From positions 1-64,000 of IMG/VR virus record IMGVR_UViG_3300035157_000753: a stretch of 64,000 bases of DNA. One strand, written 5' to 3'. Source of the stretch: a virus. The notes under the pieces were generated by a model. It was not told the origin of the DNA. It did not search any database and saw only the letters and a list, made by a program, of their open reading frames with translations. Numbering within the stretch: the first letter of the stretch is position 1; every line of letters starts with the position of its first letter. A program made the translations under genes and the position numbers. Below are positions 20,393-31,600 of the stretch, piece after piece.

Positions 20393-23300
20393 TTACGCAA
20401 GAGCAATTGCTCTGAAATCTTTAACTCTAGGTATGTATGGTTGCTCGTAAGCAAGAAGACTAATCTTCACTTGGAAACCATCAAACTCAGGTGCATCATC
20501 TACAGTGTACTCATAATCAGTAAACGTTGTCAAATCATTTTGTGGTACCAATTGACCGCTATCTGGTATACCTGTGGTATTGAAGAATTGGAAGTCAAGA
20601 TCATCAATACTACCTGAATAACCAACGGGTATTAATTTATACATAACTCTAATCTCAGATTGTGTCCAAGTATTAGCAGCAAGCATAATCTTAAGTCCAC
20701 TAGCACTCTTATCCATTCTTGCTGCCTTAGTAATATAGTTAGCAGCACATTCTCCACCAATACCTGATGTAGGTTCAATATTGTTAATGATATTCGCCGA
20801 TGTTAAAGTAGCAATAGCAGTTATATCGACTACTGGAGATAGATGTGTTACCTCTGTCTCAAGATCTAATTCCATAGTAAAGGACTTAACATTGCTCATC
20901 CTATTAACTTCATTAAGTTGATTAGCAATAACCTTAGTCTTAGGGAAATAGTTTTCTTCATTAATTGTTACATCTGACCATGCAACATCTTTAACGAATG
21001 AAGTCTCTAACCCAGCATTTGATCCATCAGAATCAGGACCACATGAGGTTGCTTGAGTACCTTTAACTCTACTAATAATACTACACTGTGGTTGTGTTTG
21101 GTTATTAACCAATGGAGTAACAACATCCCATGCAACGTTTTGAGAAGCAGTCATTGTTGTACCACCACCAGCCATAGTTGTTAGAGCTTTCTTACCACTA
21201 ACCTGTATCTTATAACTATGTGGACTATTAAGTGTCACAATAGATGTATGAGTCTTATTAATATCTGTTAATGGAATACCATTGATATTATAACACTGTA
21301 CAACTGCACCAGTAGCATGTACTTTACCACTTGCAGATCCACTAGTACCGTTATGATTTCTAGGTTGAGATGTAACAAAGTTTATTGTGTTTCCAGCAAT
21401 TCCTTTGTATGCAATAATTTCATCACCACTACCATCTGCTTCTGTACCTAAGATCTTAATAAATCCTGGAATTGAATCACTTACTGCGTTACCACTTGGA
21501 CTTCCAGAAGTTCCATACATTGTAGTATGGAATAATGATGCATCATCTACTGTACAACTAGTTCCTGTCAAAGTAACTCCAGATGAAAGAGTTGTATCTG
21601 GTACTTCAGAAGCTACTCCAGTCAATTCCAAGTAATTGAGAGTTGATTGCATACCATGGTTACCATGGAATACTCTAATAGTATCATCCTCTGCAGTGAA
21701 TTGTAGTGCATTAGGTAGAAGACCTAAGTAACCACCATTAGATTCACCAAGTTGTGCATTCTCTAGTACAAGTTTACTATTGGCTGCTGTGGTTGGTTTT
21801 GTAAATTCTGCTCTATAGATCTTGAACATCAAGTCTTCATACTGAGAAGGTGTCCAAGTAGATGCGTTCTGTGACTTGAATAGTACACCGATATATGGCT
21901 GTTCAGATATCTTCTCACCAGCATGTGCAGCATCAATAGCATCCTTACCTAGGATAGAGATGAATACCTTATACTGATTAGAGTCTGAGGTCAATACAAT
22001 AGCATGTTCCTGTCTAAATGGAAGATATACTGGGGATGCGAATGTAAATGTAGTAGGTTTAGATGCATCTACAGATGTAAATACGTCTACAGGTTTCTTA
22101 ACTACTTTAGAGAATGGTATAATCTTCTGAGTTGGATTACCATTAACTACGGTTCTAACATCAAGAGATACTGGAATTTCTTCATCCTTAGTATTGAAGA
22201 ATATATCAATCTTAGTTAAGAACACACCACCCTCAAGAGCAGCATCTTCAATCAAGAATGTTTGTGCAAGTGGGTCACAGTGTCTAGTCTCTGTAGTACT
22301 TGTACTACTGCTACTAGTTAATGTTCTAGAATCACTCATCTCTTCTGTAGTGACCTTAGCATTTCTTACAGAAATAACATCTTCCTGAGTAGTTTGAAGA
22401 ATACCAGATGATGTAAATTCTGCCTCAGCATTAGAATCTGAGAACCCAATTACCTTACTATCAGTTTCGTCATCAGTAATTCTGAATAGTTTAGTACCAG
22501 TCTTAAATGTAAGATTACCTGCTTTATTAGGAGCATCAATAAAGAATGAAGCACTAAAACTACCTGACTTATCACTAATTAAATCTTTATTTGATACTTT
22601 AGCAACAGCACCTGAAGTTTCTCCAATAAGATAATCATTAATCTTAGGAGATCCATAGTAACTACCCTTTGCTTGATCTGCAAGAGCATGAGTATCAATA
22701 TTAATAAATCCTAAGTTAGAAGTATAATCACTAGTTCCAGTAATATCTGTACCGTCTAATGGATTAATAGAATACTGTTCATTTGGTGCGGAAACTCTAG
22801 CTTTAAATCTAAATGCATTCTGTCCCTTCTGAGTACTTGCATTTCCTTTCTTAACATAAACAGTTTCACCAATCTGGAAAGGAATACTATTTGTCTTAGC
22901 ATCCGTAGTAGGATCTTTCACAAGTCCCATTATCTTAGGTGTAATTAGCTTCTTAGGTAGTGCAATACCATCAAAGAATGCAAAGAACTTGGTTCTTGGT
23001 TTTAATTTCTGACAAGCAAACTCAATGTTCCTAGAACGCATAAACTGAACATGATCAACTGATACAACCTTATCACCAAGAGATGTAGTTTCCAACACTG
23101 GAGTTATCTTATATCTAATACCACTTCTGGTCTGATTTGTAGTCTTAGTGGTTGTAGTAGTAATAGTCCTTGACTGCTTCTTCTTAGCACTATGCCTCCA
23201 AGCACCAACTTTCTTACTAATACTTGTACCAGTCCAAGTAGTCTTCCATGAGTTCCACTGAATCGGAGTAAATCCATTCTGGTCAGCATTATATTCTCTG

Positions 23301-26300
23301 ATAGTTGTTAAGAAATTACCTTCAACAATTGTTTCCTTAACCTTACCTAATTTTGTAGTATCTACCCAATTATCCTGTTCTGGATATAAGTTAATATCAC
23401 CAACATATGTGAATACGTTAAATGGGTTTACATTCTCAACACCAGATGCAAATGGTTGGTCAAGTAAAACTGTATCAGTATAAGGAAGTGTTACTAGATC
23501 ACCAGTTGTTCGTACATTAGTAGATGCAGTAGAGTAAACAAGAGGTATAGTAGTTGTAAAGTGAGAAGGTCTTAATTGCCCTTCCTCAAAGTCAAGAGAT
23601 ACTCTATAATCTGGATGTAATGTGTCACTTGTAGCAAAACTAGAGAAATTATCTACAACAAATCCATTCTTGAATCTGCTAAGACCACTAGTATCTCTAA
23701 TCTCCATAGCAGCAGTCTCACTTTCAAGTAATGAAAGTTGAGTATAATATTCTAAAGTCTTGATTCTATCTTCAAGGAACTGAATATCTTTAAATGTATA
23801 TCTCTTATAATTTGTTTCTTTAATATCAATATCTGTCTCAACATCAAAAACATATGGTTTATATGTTAATGTTGCCAATAACATCGCATCTTCAACATCC
23901 TCTGGTTCAACTGGATTTGATCCTGGAGCACCTTTTGCAATCTGGACAACATTGTCCTTATTCATAAAGACTTTATCAATTCTTGGAAGATAATACTGTA
24001 GACTTAAAATTGTAGTATCACCTATTCCAGGAACTCCAATTACATTACCAGTAAAGGATCTTGATCCATAATCAAAAAACTCTGTTCCATTTAATGTCCA
24101 TGGAGAAGCAACAGATCCAGATCCAGCAAGCTTTTCAACTACCTGTGGTCTAAAGTCTATGGCATCTCTCAATGGTTGCTCATCATAAGTTGGAATTATC
24201 TTATAATCAGCAGTATCATATGAATCTACTGTGTATGGATTATCTCCAGCAGTAGTAAGGAAACGGTCAAAGATTACTAAAACTTGATGTGTAGGTGCTG
24301 CATAGTTAGGTTTTCTAACAAGACTTGAGTAATCATAGAACTGATCTCTCATTCCATCATCTAAATCAAAACTATCAGTTATATCCTTTGCACCAGTAAT
24401 TATTTGCCCTGTGACAATTTTGAAAGTGGCAGAAGGGGATGTAATAGTTTCAGCATCTGTGAATTTATCGTCATCTACTGGAATAAAGTATACCTTATTG
24501 TTTGTACTGTCATATGAAACAACTCTTGCCCTAGAACCCGAATCATCACCTGTAAGAACATCATCTACAGCAATAGTACCAACTAAGTTGGTAAACTGTA
24601 GGTTAGGAATCATCTCATTGAGGGTAGCAGTCGCATTAGTAGATTCATAAATTGCTTTAATCTTGAATACATCACTACAACCTAAAGAAATCCTAGCATC
24701 ATCTACTCTGTATCCATATCCATCATCCTCAGCATTCTCTTGAGTTAATCCATTAACACCAGCAACTACACTCTTATTGAGTTTGAGGATCTTCATCCTC
24801 TCAGTAGTTTTAACTTTAGCAGATCTATTAGATGCATAGACTGTAGCAATTACATCAATTGTCTGTCCATTACTAAGACCAGTTACTGTGACACTCTGAA
24901 CATTGGCTGAAGAACCAGAGAATCCAGGTGCTTGGAAGATATCACCTTCATTAGTACCTGCACTAACAGACATCAAGAAGTCATCATTATCTGCAGCATT
25001 CTTGAATACAAGTCCAGCACCAGCATTAAATGTATGAGTTGTTCCTGATACTGTACCACTAATAGTTTTTCTAAAGTATCCAGCTGGAGTAACAGTATTA
25101 TCTTTATTAGTATTCTTTACTGCATCAAATCCAAGAGGAGTAATAAGCTTATTCTTTTGTGCTTCCTTAATCTCAGCACGAGATCTAATTATAGAACTGG
25201 TAATAGATCCTGTAGCCATTGCAGCTGCACCAGCACCACCAGCCTTAATAACATCCATAACATAGGCACTAGTAATACCAGTAACCTTAACCCTCTGTGC
25301 AACACTGTTGTTGGAGAATTCAATTATATCTCCTACTTTTAGTTGACTTTGGAAATTAGAAAGCTGTGCTGTAATTGTAGCAGTCTGTGTAGCACCACTA
25401 CTTCCTAAATTTGAGATAATAGGAGCAGATCCAGGAAGTGCAACTCTTACATCTAATCTTGCATCAGCACAACCATTAGTACCATACTTATAAGATTTTA
25501 CATCACGGAAATCGTAAGTTATAACAGAAGCAGCATTATTATCTAACTGTCCTAGTTGAGTTCCACTATTTGCTTTGTTTAGGTCTAAATACTCATTCTG
25601 AACAAAATTACCTGTTACATCAATAAGATATCCTTCCTGATTTGCAGAAGCACCATTAGCATCAACTGCTACGTATCCAGTAGCACCAGAAGTTCTACCT
25701 ACAACAAAATCACCTACATGCCAATTTATACCACCTTGACAATTTAATTTAGTGTAGAATTTTGTATCTAATATATTAATTCTATAAACTGTAGTAGCAG
25801 TATTAACAGTACCTGATTCATAAGCAGCATTAAGTACTCTAGTTCTACCAATAGTATTACCAGCAGCAGTACCTGCTGAAGTTATTATTTCATCTCTAAG
25901 TTCAATATCTTCATATATTGTAGGTACTTCAGAAGCATTGGTTAAAAATATGTAATTACCAACATCAGTAGTTATAGATTGATTATCTGCACCTGTAAAA
26001 GTTCTTGGCTTATCAACATCCTTATATGTTGTTGATAATCTTTCTGTTCTATATCCAGAAACATATGCAGAACCTGAAGATAATTGAACAGCAATATTAG
26101 CTTCATCTGCTGTATTACCATCTGCAGTAGTTGTACCTGATGCATATACACCATTATTAAAACCATCATCAAGATTCTCTCTTGCATCTATAGTAAATTT
26201 CTTAACATAATAGTCACCAGATTCTTCTTTAGTTCTAGTTGCAAGAACATCATTAATGAACCCAAGATCACTTCTCTCTACTTTCTTTTGAATCTTACCA

Positions 26301-27136
26301 GTATTAGTTCTTAAAAGTTCAATAAAGTCAGCAGAGTTAGGATCTGTAGTTGCTTTTTTAACTAATGTTAGATTAATTTTAAATCTATCTGCACCTGGAG
26401 CAGAGAAGTTTGTACTACCGATTGCATTATCATATAGAGATGCATCTTCATCAGCAGTTATGATCTTTTCTTCTACTTTTAAACCAACTTTATATGATGG
26501 ATTTGTACCATATTGGTCTAAAATAAGAGTCTGTTCATTTACAGGAACAAAATATCCCCTAACATAATAAACACCAGCACCAACATTAGCAGTAGAACCT
26601 TTAGAGTTAGAATTAGAATTTAAAAGCTGTGCAAGAGGAGTTCCAGCAGCAATAGTTGTGGAAAGATATGTTATATCTGTCTCACAAGTAAGTGTTTCAC
26701 CGTCTGTGAATGTAGTTGTAGTATTATCGTCTGCTTTTTGTAGATAATTTATATAAAATGTTATCTGATTCTTGGTTGATGTAGAGGAACTAATAGAAAA
26801 TAGGACACGACCACGAACACCAGAGGTAGATCCTTTAATTACTAATCCATCAAGAGCAGTTCTGTATAATTCTACATCTAAATTCAAATAAGAATTATTG
26901 ATTATAACACAAGCAACATCATTGTTCAGAGTAATACCACCAGGGATTACCTGAGCACCTTCTTTATATACACCCTGACCGAAAGAATCGATCTGGTTTT
27001 GCATTAAACTCTGGAGAGTTGTTAGCTCCCTTGCCTGTACAGGATATCCAGGTTTAAATAAGACTTTTAAAAAGCCCTTACTCGAATCAAAGTCGTCGTA
27101 GTAAGGAGCAATATTCAGGTTCGTGTTCTGTGCCAT
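20393..27136 (-). CDS. VrlC-like (DUF4815) baseplate-associated structural protein, 2247 aa
   Basis: N-terminus NLN.APYYDDFD..K.F.KVLFKPG.PVQARELT.LQS; APGADRFKI, RFKNGF.VDNF and DPLAQTF motifs. Confidence 0.9.
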   Translation of the reverse strand: MAQNTNLNIAPYYDDFDSSKGFLKVLFKPGYPVQARELTTLQSLMQNQIDSFGQGVYKEGAQVIPGGITLNNDVACVIINNSYLNLDVELYRTALDGLVIKGSTSGVRGRVLFSISSSTSTKNQITFYINYLQKADDNTTTTFTDGETLTCETDITYLSTTIAAGTPLAQLLNSNSNSKGSTANVGAGVYYVRGYFVPVNEQTLILDQYGTNPSYKVGLKVEEKIITADEDASLYDNAIGSTNFSAPGADRFKINLTLVKKATTDPNSADFIELLRTNTGKIQKKVERSDLGFINDVLATRTKEESGDYYVKKFTIDARENLDDGFNNGVYASGTTTADGNTADEANIAVQLSSGSAYVSGYRTERLSTTYKDVDKPRTFTGADNQSITTDVGNYIFLTNASEVPTIYEDIELRDEIITSAGTAAGNTIGRTRVLNAAYESGTVNTATTVYRINILDTKFYTKLNCQGGINWHVGDFVVGRTSGATGYVAVDANGASANQEGYLIDVTGNFVQNEYLDLNKANSGTQLGQLDNNAASVITYDFRDVKSYKYGTNGCADARLDVRVALPGSAPIISNLGSSGATQTATITAQLSNFQSQLKVGDIIEFSNNSVAQRVKVTGITSAYVMDVIKAGGAGAAAMATGSITSSIIRSRAEIKEAQKNKLITPLGFDAVKNTNKDNTVTPAGYFRKTISGTVSGTTHTFNAGAGLVFKNAADNDDFLMSVSAGTNEGDIFQAPGFSGSSANVQSVTVTGLSNGQTIDVIATVYASNRSAKVKTTERMKILKLNKSVVAGVNGLTQENAEDDGYGYRVDDARISLGCSDVFKIKAIYESTNATATLNEMIPNLQFTNLVGTIAVDDVLTGDDSGSRARVVSYDSTNNKVYFIPVDDDKFTDAETITSPSATFKIVTGQIITGAKDITDSFDLDDGMRDQFYDYSSLVRKPNYAAPTHQVLVIFDRFLTTAGDNPYTVDSYDTADYKIIPTYDEQPLRDAIDFRPQVVEKLAGSGSVASPWTLNGTEFFDYGSRSFTGNVIGVPGIGDTTILSLQYYLPRIDKVFMNKDNVVQIAKGAPGSNPVEPEDVEDAMLLATLTYKPYVFDVETDIDIKETNYKRYTFKDIQFLEDRIKTLEYYTQLSLLESETAAMEIRDTSGLSRFKNGFVVDNFSSFATSDTLHPDYRVSLDFEEGQLRPSHFTTTIPLVYSTASTNVRTTGDLVTLPYTDTVLLDQPFASGVENVNPFNVFTYVGDINLYPEQDNWVDTTKLGKVKETIVEGNFLTTIREYNADQNGFTPIQWNSWKTTWTGTSISKKVGAWRHSAKKKQSRTITTTTTKTTNQTRSGIRYKITPVLETTSLGDKVVSVDHVQFMRSRNIEFACQKLKPRTKFFAFFDGIALPKKLITPKIMGLVKDPTTDAKTNSIPFQIGETVYVKKGNASTQKGQNAFRFKARVSAPNEQYSINPLDGTDITGTSDYTSNLGFINIDTHALADQAKGSYYGSPKINDYLIGETSGAVAKVSNKDLISDKSGSFSASFFIDAPNKAGNLTFKTGTKLFRITDDETDSKVIGFSDSNAEAEFTSSGILQTTQEDVISVRNAKVTTEEMSDSRTLTSSSSTSTTETRHCDPLAQTFLIEDAALEGGVFLTKIDIFFNTKDEEIPVSLDVRTVVNGNPTQKIIPFSKVVKKPVDVFTSVDASKPTTFTFASPVYLPFRQEHAIVLTSDSNQYKVFISILGKDAIDAAHAGEKISEQPYIGVLFKSQNASTWTPSQYEDLMFKIYRAEFTKPTTAANSKLVLENAQLGESNGGYLGLLPNALQFTAEDDTIRVFHGNHGMQSTLNYLELTGVASEVPDTTLSSGVTLTGTSCTVDDASLFHTTMYGTSGSPSGNAVSDSIPGFIKILGTEADGSGDEIIAYKGIAGNTINFVTSQPRNHNGTSGSASGKVHATGAVVQCYNINGIPLTDINKTHTSIVTLNSPHSYKIQVSGKKALTTMAGGGTTMTASQNVAWDVVTPLVNNQTQPQCSIISRVKGTQATSCGPDSDGSNAGLETSFVKDVAWSDVTINEENYFPKTKVIANQLNEVNRMSNVKSFTMELDLETEVTHLSPVVDITAIATLTSANIINNIEPTSGIGGECAANYITKAARMDKSASGLKIMLAANTWTQSEIRVMYKLIPVGYSGSIDDLDFQFFNTTGIPDSGQLVPQNDLTTFTDYEYTVDDAPEFDGFQVKISLLAYEQPYIPRVKDFRAIALA

Positions 27137-28651
27137 TTAGAATTCTATGACTACTTTGATTTCTTCATTTTGATCAGCCGATCTAGTGATCGGATTTCTA
27201 TTGTCTATGTAGAGCATTTCACCAGATCCAAGTTCAATTTCTTGGTTGGCATAACCAGTTACAAATGATAATCCCAACTCATATACAGATACACCGATAG
27301 TAATCTGAGTAACAGGAACAGCGGATGTTCCTATAGTTGCATCGGGAGTTGCTGTATAAGCATTTTGAGAAGATGTAATCTGATTTGCTCCAGAAAATGC
27401 AATAACATTTCCATTGACAGTACCATCGACTGAGTTTTGATAATACTTCAATACTTTAGTTGTAGAATCATATGAAACTACAAATCCTTTAGCATTCGTA
27501 GATGCTTGTGTGATTGTTTCACCAGGTGCGAAGTTTCCACTAGGTGAACCAGTACCAGCCTGAGGGAAGATCATTGCCTTTACAGCAGATCTTGTATTCT
27601 GACTACAAACTGTCGAGGTATTGTAATCAAATGGATTTAAGACAAGTCCAACTCGTCTATAAGTCAAGTCATTAGGAAAATCAACAAATGCACTACTAGT
27701 TTCTAACTTACTAGTAAACATAAGGCGATATGCACCTAATTCTCTAACAACATTCTTTCCATGTCCACCAGAAGGAGGAATAACAACATCAAGAGATGCT
27801 CCAGTACCACTTCCAACATTAGGAATTAAAGCAACATCAATTGTTCCAAAAGTATATCCAGAACCAGCAGTAGTGATAGTAACAGATTCAACTGAACCAG
27901 AAGTTATCTTCACCGTACATTTTGCTTCATTTCCACCATTAATTTCCCAATCACCACGAATGGGAACATCAGTATACTCTTTATTATTATAACCAGTTCC
28001 AGCATTCTCAACAACTACACTATCAATAGCACCTGCACCAGCAGCGGCTTGGACTAAAGTATTTGTCAATACAGGAATAAATTCTGAAGTAACAAACTTA
28101 AGAATGTTATCAGCGTCAATGGTGTACATATACTTCCAACGATAGGAGTATACACCAGGACTATCACCAGTTTCTATAATAGTAGTTGATGTACCAGTTG
28201 GTTCTACCAATGAGGGTCTTCCTCTAGGGAATTCTGGATTCTGACCATTGTACAAACACTTGTACACATTAAAATCAGAGTTCATTACATAAAAATTACT
28301 GTCATAGAGCCTAGTAGCTCCATTGGCAGTAGTCTTGGTTGGTGCGTAGTCAGGCTTATACATTGAATATGTACGTCCTACTCCACCTGTTGTTTGAGTT
28401 GGGTCAACCCAATCAACTCTTGGTACTACTAAAGCAGTATCCGAGATATCTACACGCTTAAAGGCAACGGAATCAGCGTATGATTCTGATTGATACTCAA
28501 AACTATCGATAGGTTCACCTGCAGGTGGTACATCTGTACTACCCCAAGATTTCGCCCTACCGACGAACATAAACACCTTATTCTGGGTTAACAAAGTATC
28601 CCTGAAGCTTTCTGCGGCGTAAATTCTAAATTTGTCAGTAACTAATGCCAT
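27137..28651 (-). CDS. gp8: Baseplate wedge subunit gp8
   Basis: FYVMNSDFNVYKCLYN, Y.WKYMYTI, SGEMLYIDNR.PITRS.DQ.EEIKVVIEF; synteny with gp7 and gp6. Confidence 0.9.
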   Translation of the reverse strand: MALVTDKFRIYAAESFRDTLLTQNKVFMFVGRAKSWGSTDVPPAGEPIDSFEYQSESYADSVAFKRVDISDTALVVPRVDWVDPTQTTGGVGRTYSMYKPDYAPTKTTANGATRLYDSNFYVMNSDFNVYKCLYNGQNPEFPRGRPSLVEPTGTSTTIIETGDSPGVYSYRWKYMYTIDADNILKFVTSEFIPVLTNTLVQAAAGAGAIDSVVVENAGTGYNNKEYTDVPIRGDWEINGGNEAKCTVKITSGSVESVTITTAGSGYTFGTIDVALIPNVGSGTGASLDVVIPPSGGHGKNVVRELGAYRLMFTSKLETSSAFVDFPNDLTYRRVGLVLNPFDYNTSTVCSQNTRSAVKAMIFPQAGTGSPSGNFAPGETITQASTNAKGFVVSYDSTTKVLKYYQNSVDGTVNGNVIAFSGANQITSSQNAYTATPDATIGTSAVPVTQITIGVSVYELGLSFVTGYANQEIELGSGEMLYIDNRNPITRSADQNEEIKVVIEF

Positions 28652-28670
28652 GCCATTGAGCTTTTGTTGT

Positions 28671-28678
28671 TATTTATA
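28671..28678 (-). promoter_or_regulatory. Late promoter TATAAATA
   Basis: Exact match overlapping the gp7 stop, upstream of gp8. Confidence 0.8.
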
Positions 28679-31600
28679 ATGATCTCAGACGAACTTCTGG
28701 AAGAAGTGAGACGTTTCCGCTTGCTGTGCGCGAGAACGGATATTCAACTGTAAATGTATCTACAGCTGTGACAGTAACTTTATATGCTCCGTCAAATCCA
28801 TCGCCTGAAGTATGATCTAGATATATGCTCATACCTGTTATCAGGTTATGAGCTGCAGAAGTAGTAACTGTACATACAGTTCCTGAAGAACTATACGTTC
28901 CTGTCTGAATGGATATTGCAGAAGCTGTAGTTCCACCATATCCTCTACCACCTGTTGCAACTGTAAGAGTGTTAGCAGTCGTGTTCTTAGAACCATATAG
29001 AATCCTTTCACAGGTCCATGATCCTTTAGATGCATCCCAATATGGAATTAAGACTTCTCCCTCATCAGGGAAACCTATATTCTGACTGACATCAAAGTAT
29101 ATATTCTTACAAGTTAAAGTTGTATCTACAGCAGAAATAGCAGTAGACAAATATGTATTTGCTAGTGCAAGAGTATTAGAGATAAGTCTCTGTCTTGATT
29201 TTCTCTCTACATGTAAAGGATGTACAGCAAACACAGTTGGTGGTGTTAAGTATCCAGCACCACCATTTAGATTAACGACAGAGGTTACTCTACCACTTCC
29301 AGATTGAATAACTGTTTCTGCAGATGCTCCTGTTCCACTACCACCTTGGAAATAAAGAATTGGTGGAACTTCATAATTACTACCTCCATCTAATATACTA
29401 ACTGTATTAACCTTTCCATTATTAATTGTACATTCAAAATTAGCAACGGTTGGTCTTAATCCTGTATACTCATAAGTGTCTATAGAAGTTGCACTTGATA
29501 CTGTTGCTAATAGACGATCTTCACCTTCACTCTTAACCATAATTCTATCATTAGCATCAAGAGAATTGAAAGTATTAGAAATGAATATATCTTCTGCAGA
29601 TCCAACGTAAATATAAAGACTGCATGTTGATCCTGCTCTTGGAGCTTCAAAGAATTCAATAATTGATCCGTTTAATTGATATGCAACTCCAGGTTCCTGG
29701 AATACACCATTAATAAAGATCATTACGTTATTAGCTGGTTCAACAGAAGTGTTATCACTCTGTAAGGAGAATGGTTCGCTATTCAACGTCATAACAAAAG
29801 TCTGTCTAGCATTATCAAAGAAAGGAGCTATTGTATCAAGTAATTGTAATTTACCGAAGTAGAATCCATAGAAGTCCATACCACTAGTAGGTGCTTCAGT
29901 AAAGGATATTGTACTTCCTGTATATGTGTATGCTTCTGTGCTACCTTTAATCTGAAGAATACTATTCAAGAATATCAAGAAGTTATCAGATGCAGGTAAT
30001 GCATAGTTACTACCAGCAACTTTAGCACTGAATATCTTATCAGTTCCATCAAATGCCACAGTACCAACTTCAACTTGGAATTCTGGATTTGATGAAGATG
30101 TTCTAGTGATTCCAGTTAAATTACCTGCTCCACCAGAAGTGGTTCCAACTGCCTGAGTAACAATTGCAGTTAAAGTAGTAATTGCAGATGCAACATCAGT
30201 ACAATCATTAGTATCATAAGTTGCATTACCACTATCATTAGTAATAGTTAAATCTCTGTACTGTGCTCCCTCTGTATAAGAGTTTGTTGTAACTGAGATA
30301 TTACGCATAACCTCACGACAGATATCTCTAGCATGATTGAATACTAATACAGTCTGATCTTCTTCACCTTGTAAATGAACTGTACCAACATAGTATTTCG
30401 CTGCATCATAAGTAGAATCATTACCACCAAACTCAATATTATTAGCAATAGCTTGAGCAATTAACTTAGTATCACGAATACACTTAACAAAACTAGGAAC
30501 AACGAATGTGCTATTAGTAGCCATCATTCTTCCATAAGCAGTTGTTGCAATAAAGTCTAAGTTTTCACGTATCAATCTACCAGCATCAGCAAGTCTGTCA
30601 TATTCATATCCACCAGATTGTACAAGAGACCTTGTGACACTATTTGCATTGGCACTTACGAACTGATGTGCAAAACCAGTCTTAACAGACCCAGGTGTTG
30701 CATTAACGAACGTATGTGTATGGTTACCACCTGATCTAATAGCATTAGCAGTTGCTTGAATGAAGGTATGAGTATAATTACCTCCTGCTATGACGGCTGT
30801 AGCACCTGCTGATACAAAACTATGAGCATACTGATGAGTAATAGCAGAATCTCTATTGTTAGTATTAATCGTGATAACGCCAGTTTGCTTCTTGACGGCA
30901 GAGCGAGTAATAGAGTTACTAACTGCGGAGATAAACGTATGAGCTGTCGTATTAGTTGACGGTACACTGTTTAGAACCTGTATATCGAAAGTGTTGGTTG
31001 TGACATTGTATATCTTAACCCATTGACCGCTAATTGGGTCTGTACTACGAGGGTAGTTATGGAATGAAGTATGGAAGTCCTCATTACATGTAAATTTGAA
31101 GGTGTCATCATCAATCTTAATTTCATCACCAGCAACGAATCCATGATTATTAATAGTTATAGTGAATACACCTGTAAGAGGATCATAAGCAGCAACAGTA
31201 GGTGTTAACTTACCTTCGGGTACAAATGTATGAGCGTGCTGTCCATTAGGTCCAGCAACACCAACATTGATATCAAACGTATCAGTTGTAACATTTGATA
31301 CAAGCATCCATTCATCATAATTAGGATCTTCTAAAGTTGGATAACTCTTAACTGTTGCATTACTATCCTTATTACATGTGAACTTCAATGCACCTTGATT
31401 GACCTTAACATAATCACCATTAGAGAAACCATGTCCAGCAACTGTTGCTGTTAGTACACCTGTACCAGGTGCATATGTAGCATTTGATACAGCATGAGAT
31501 GTATATCCAACACTCTTAATAGGAATTGGTCTATCATATGCCCAATCCTTTTTCTTCTTCATACCATTGCTAACAGCACTATCAAAAGTATGTACTGTTA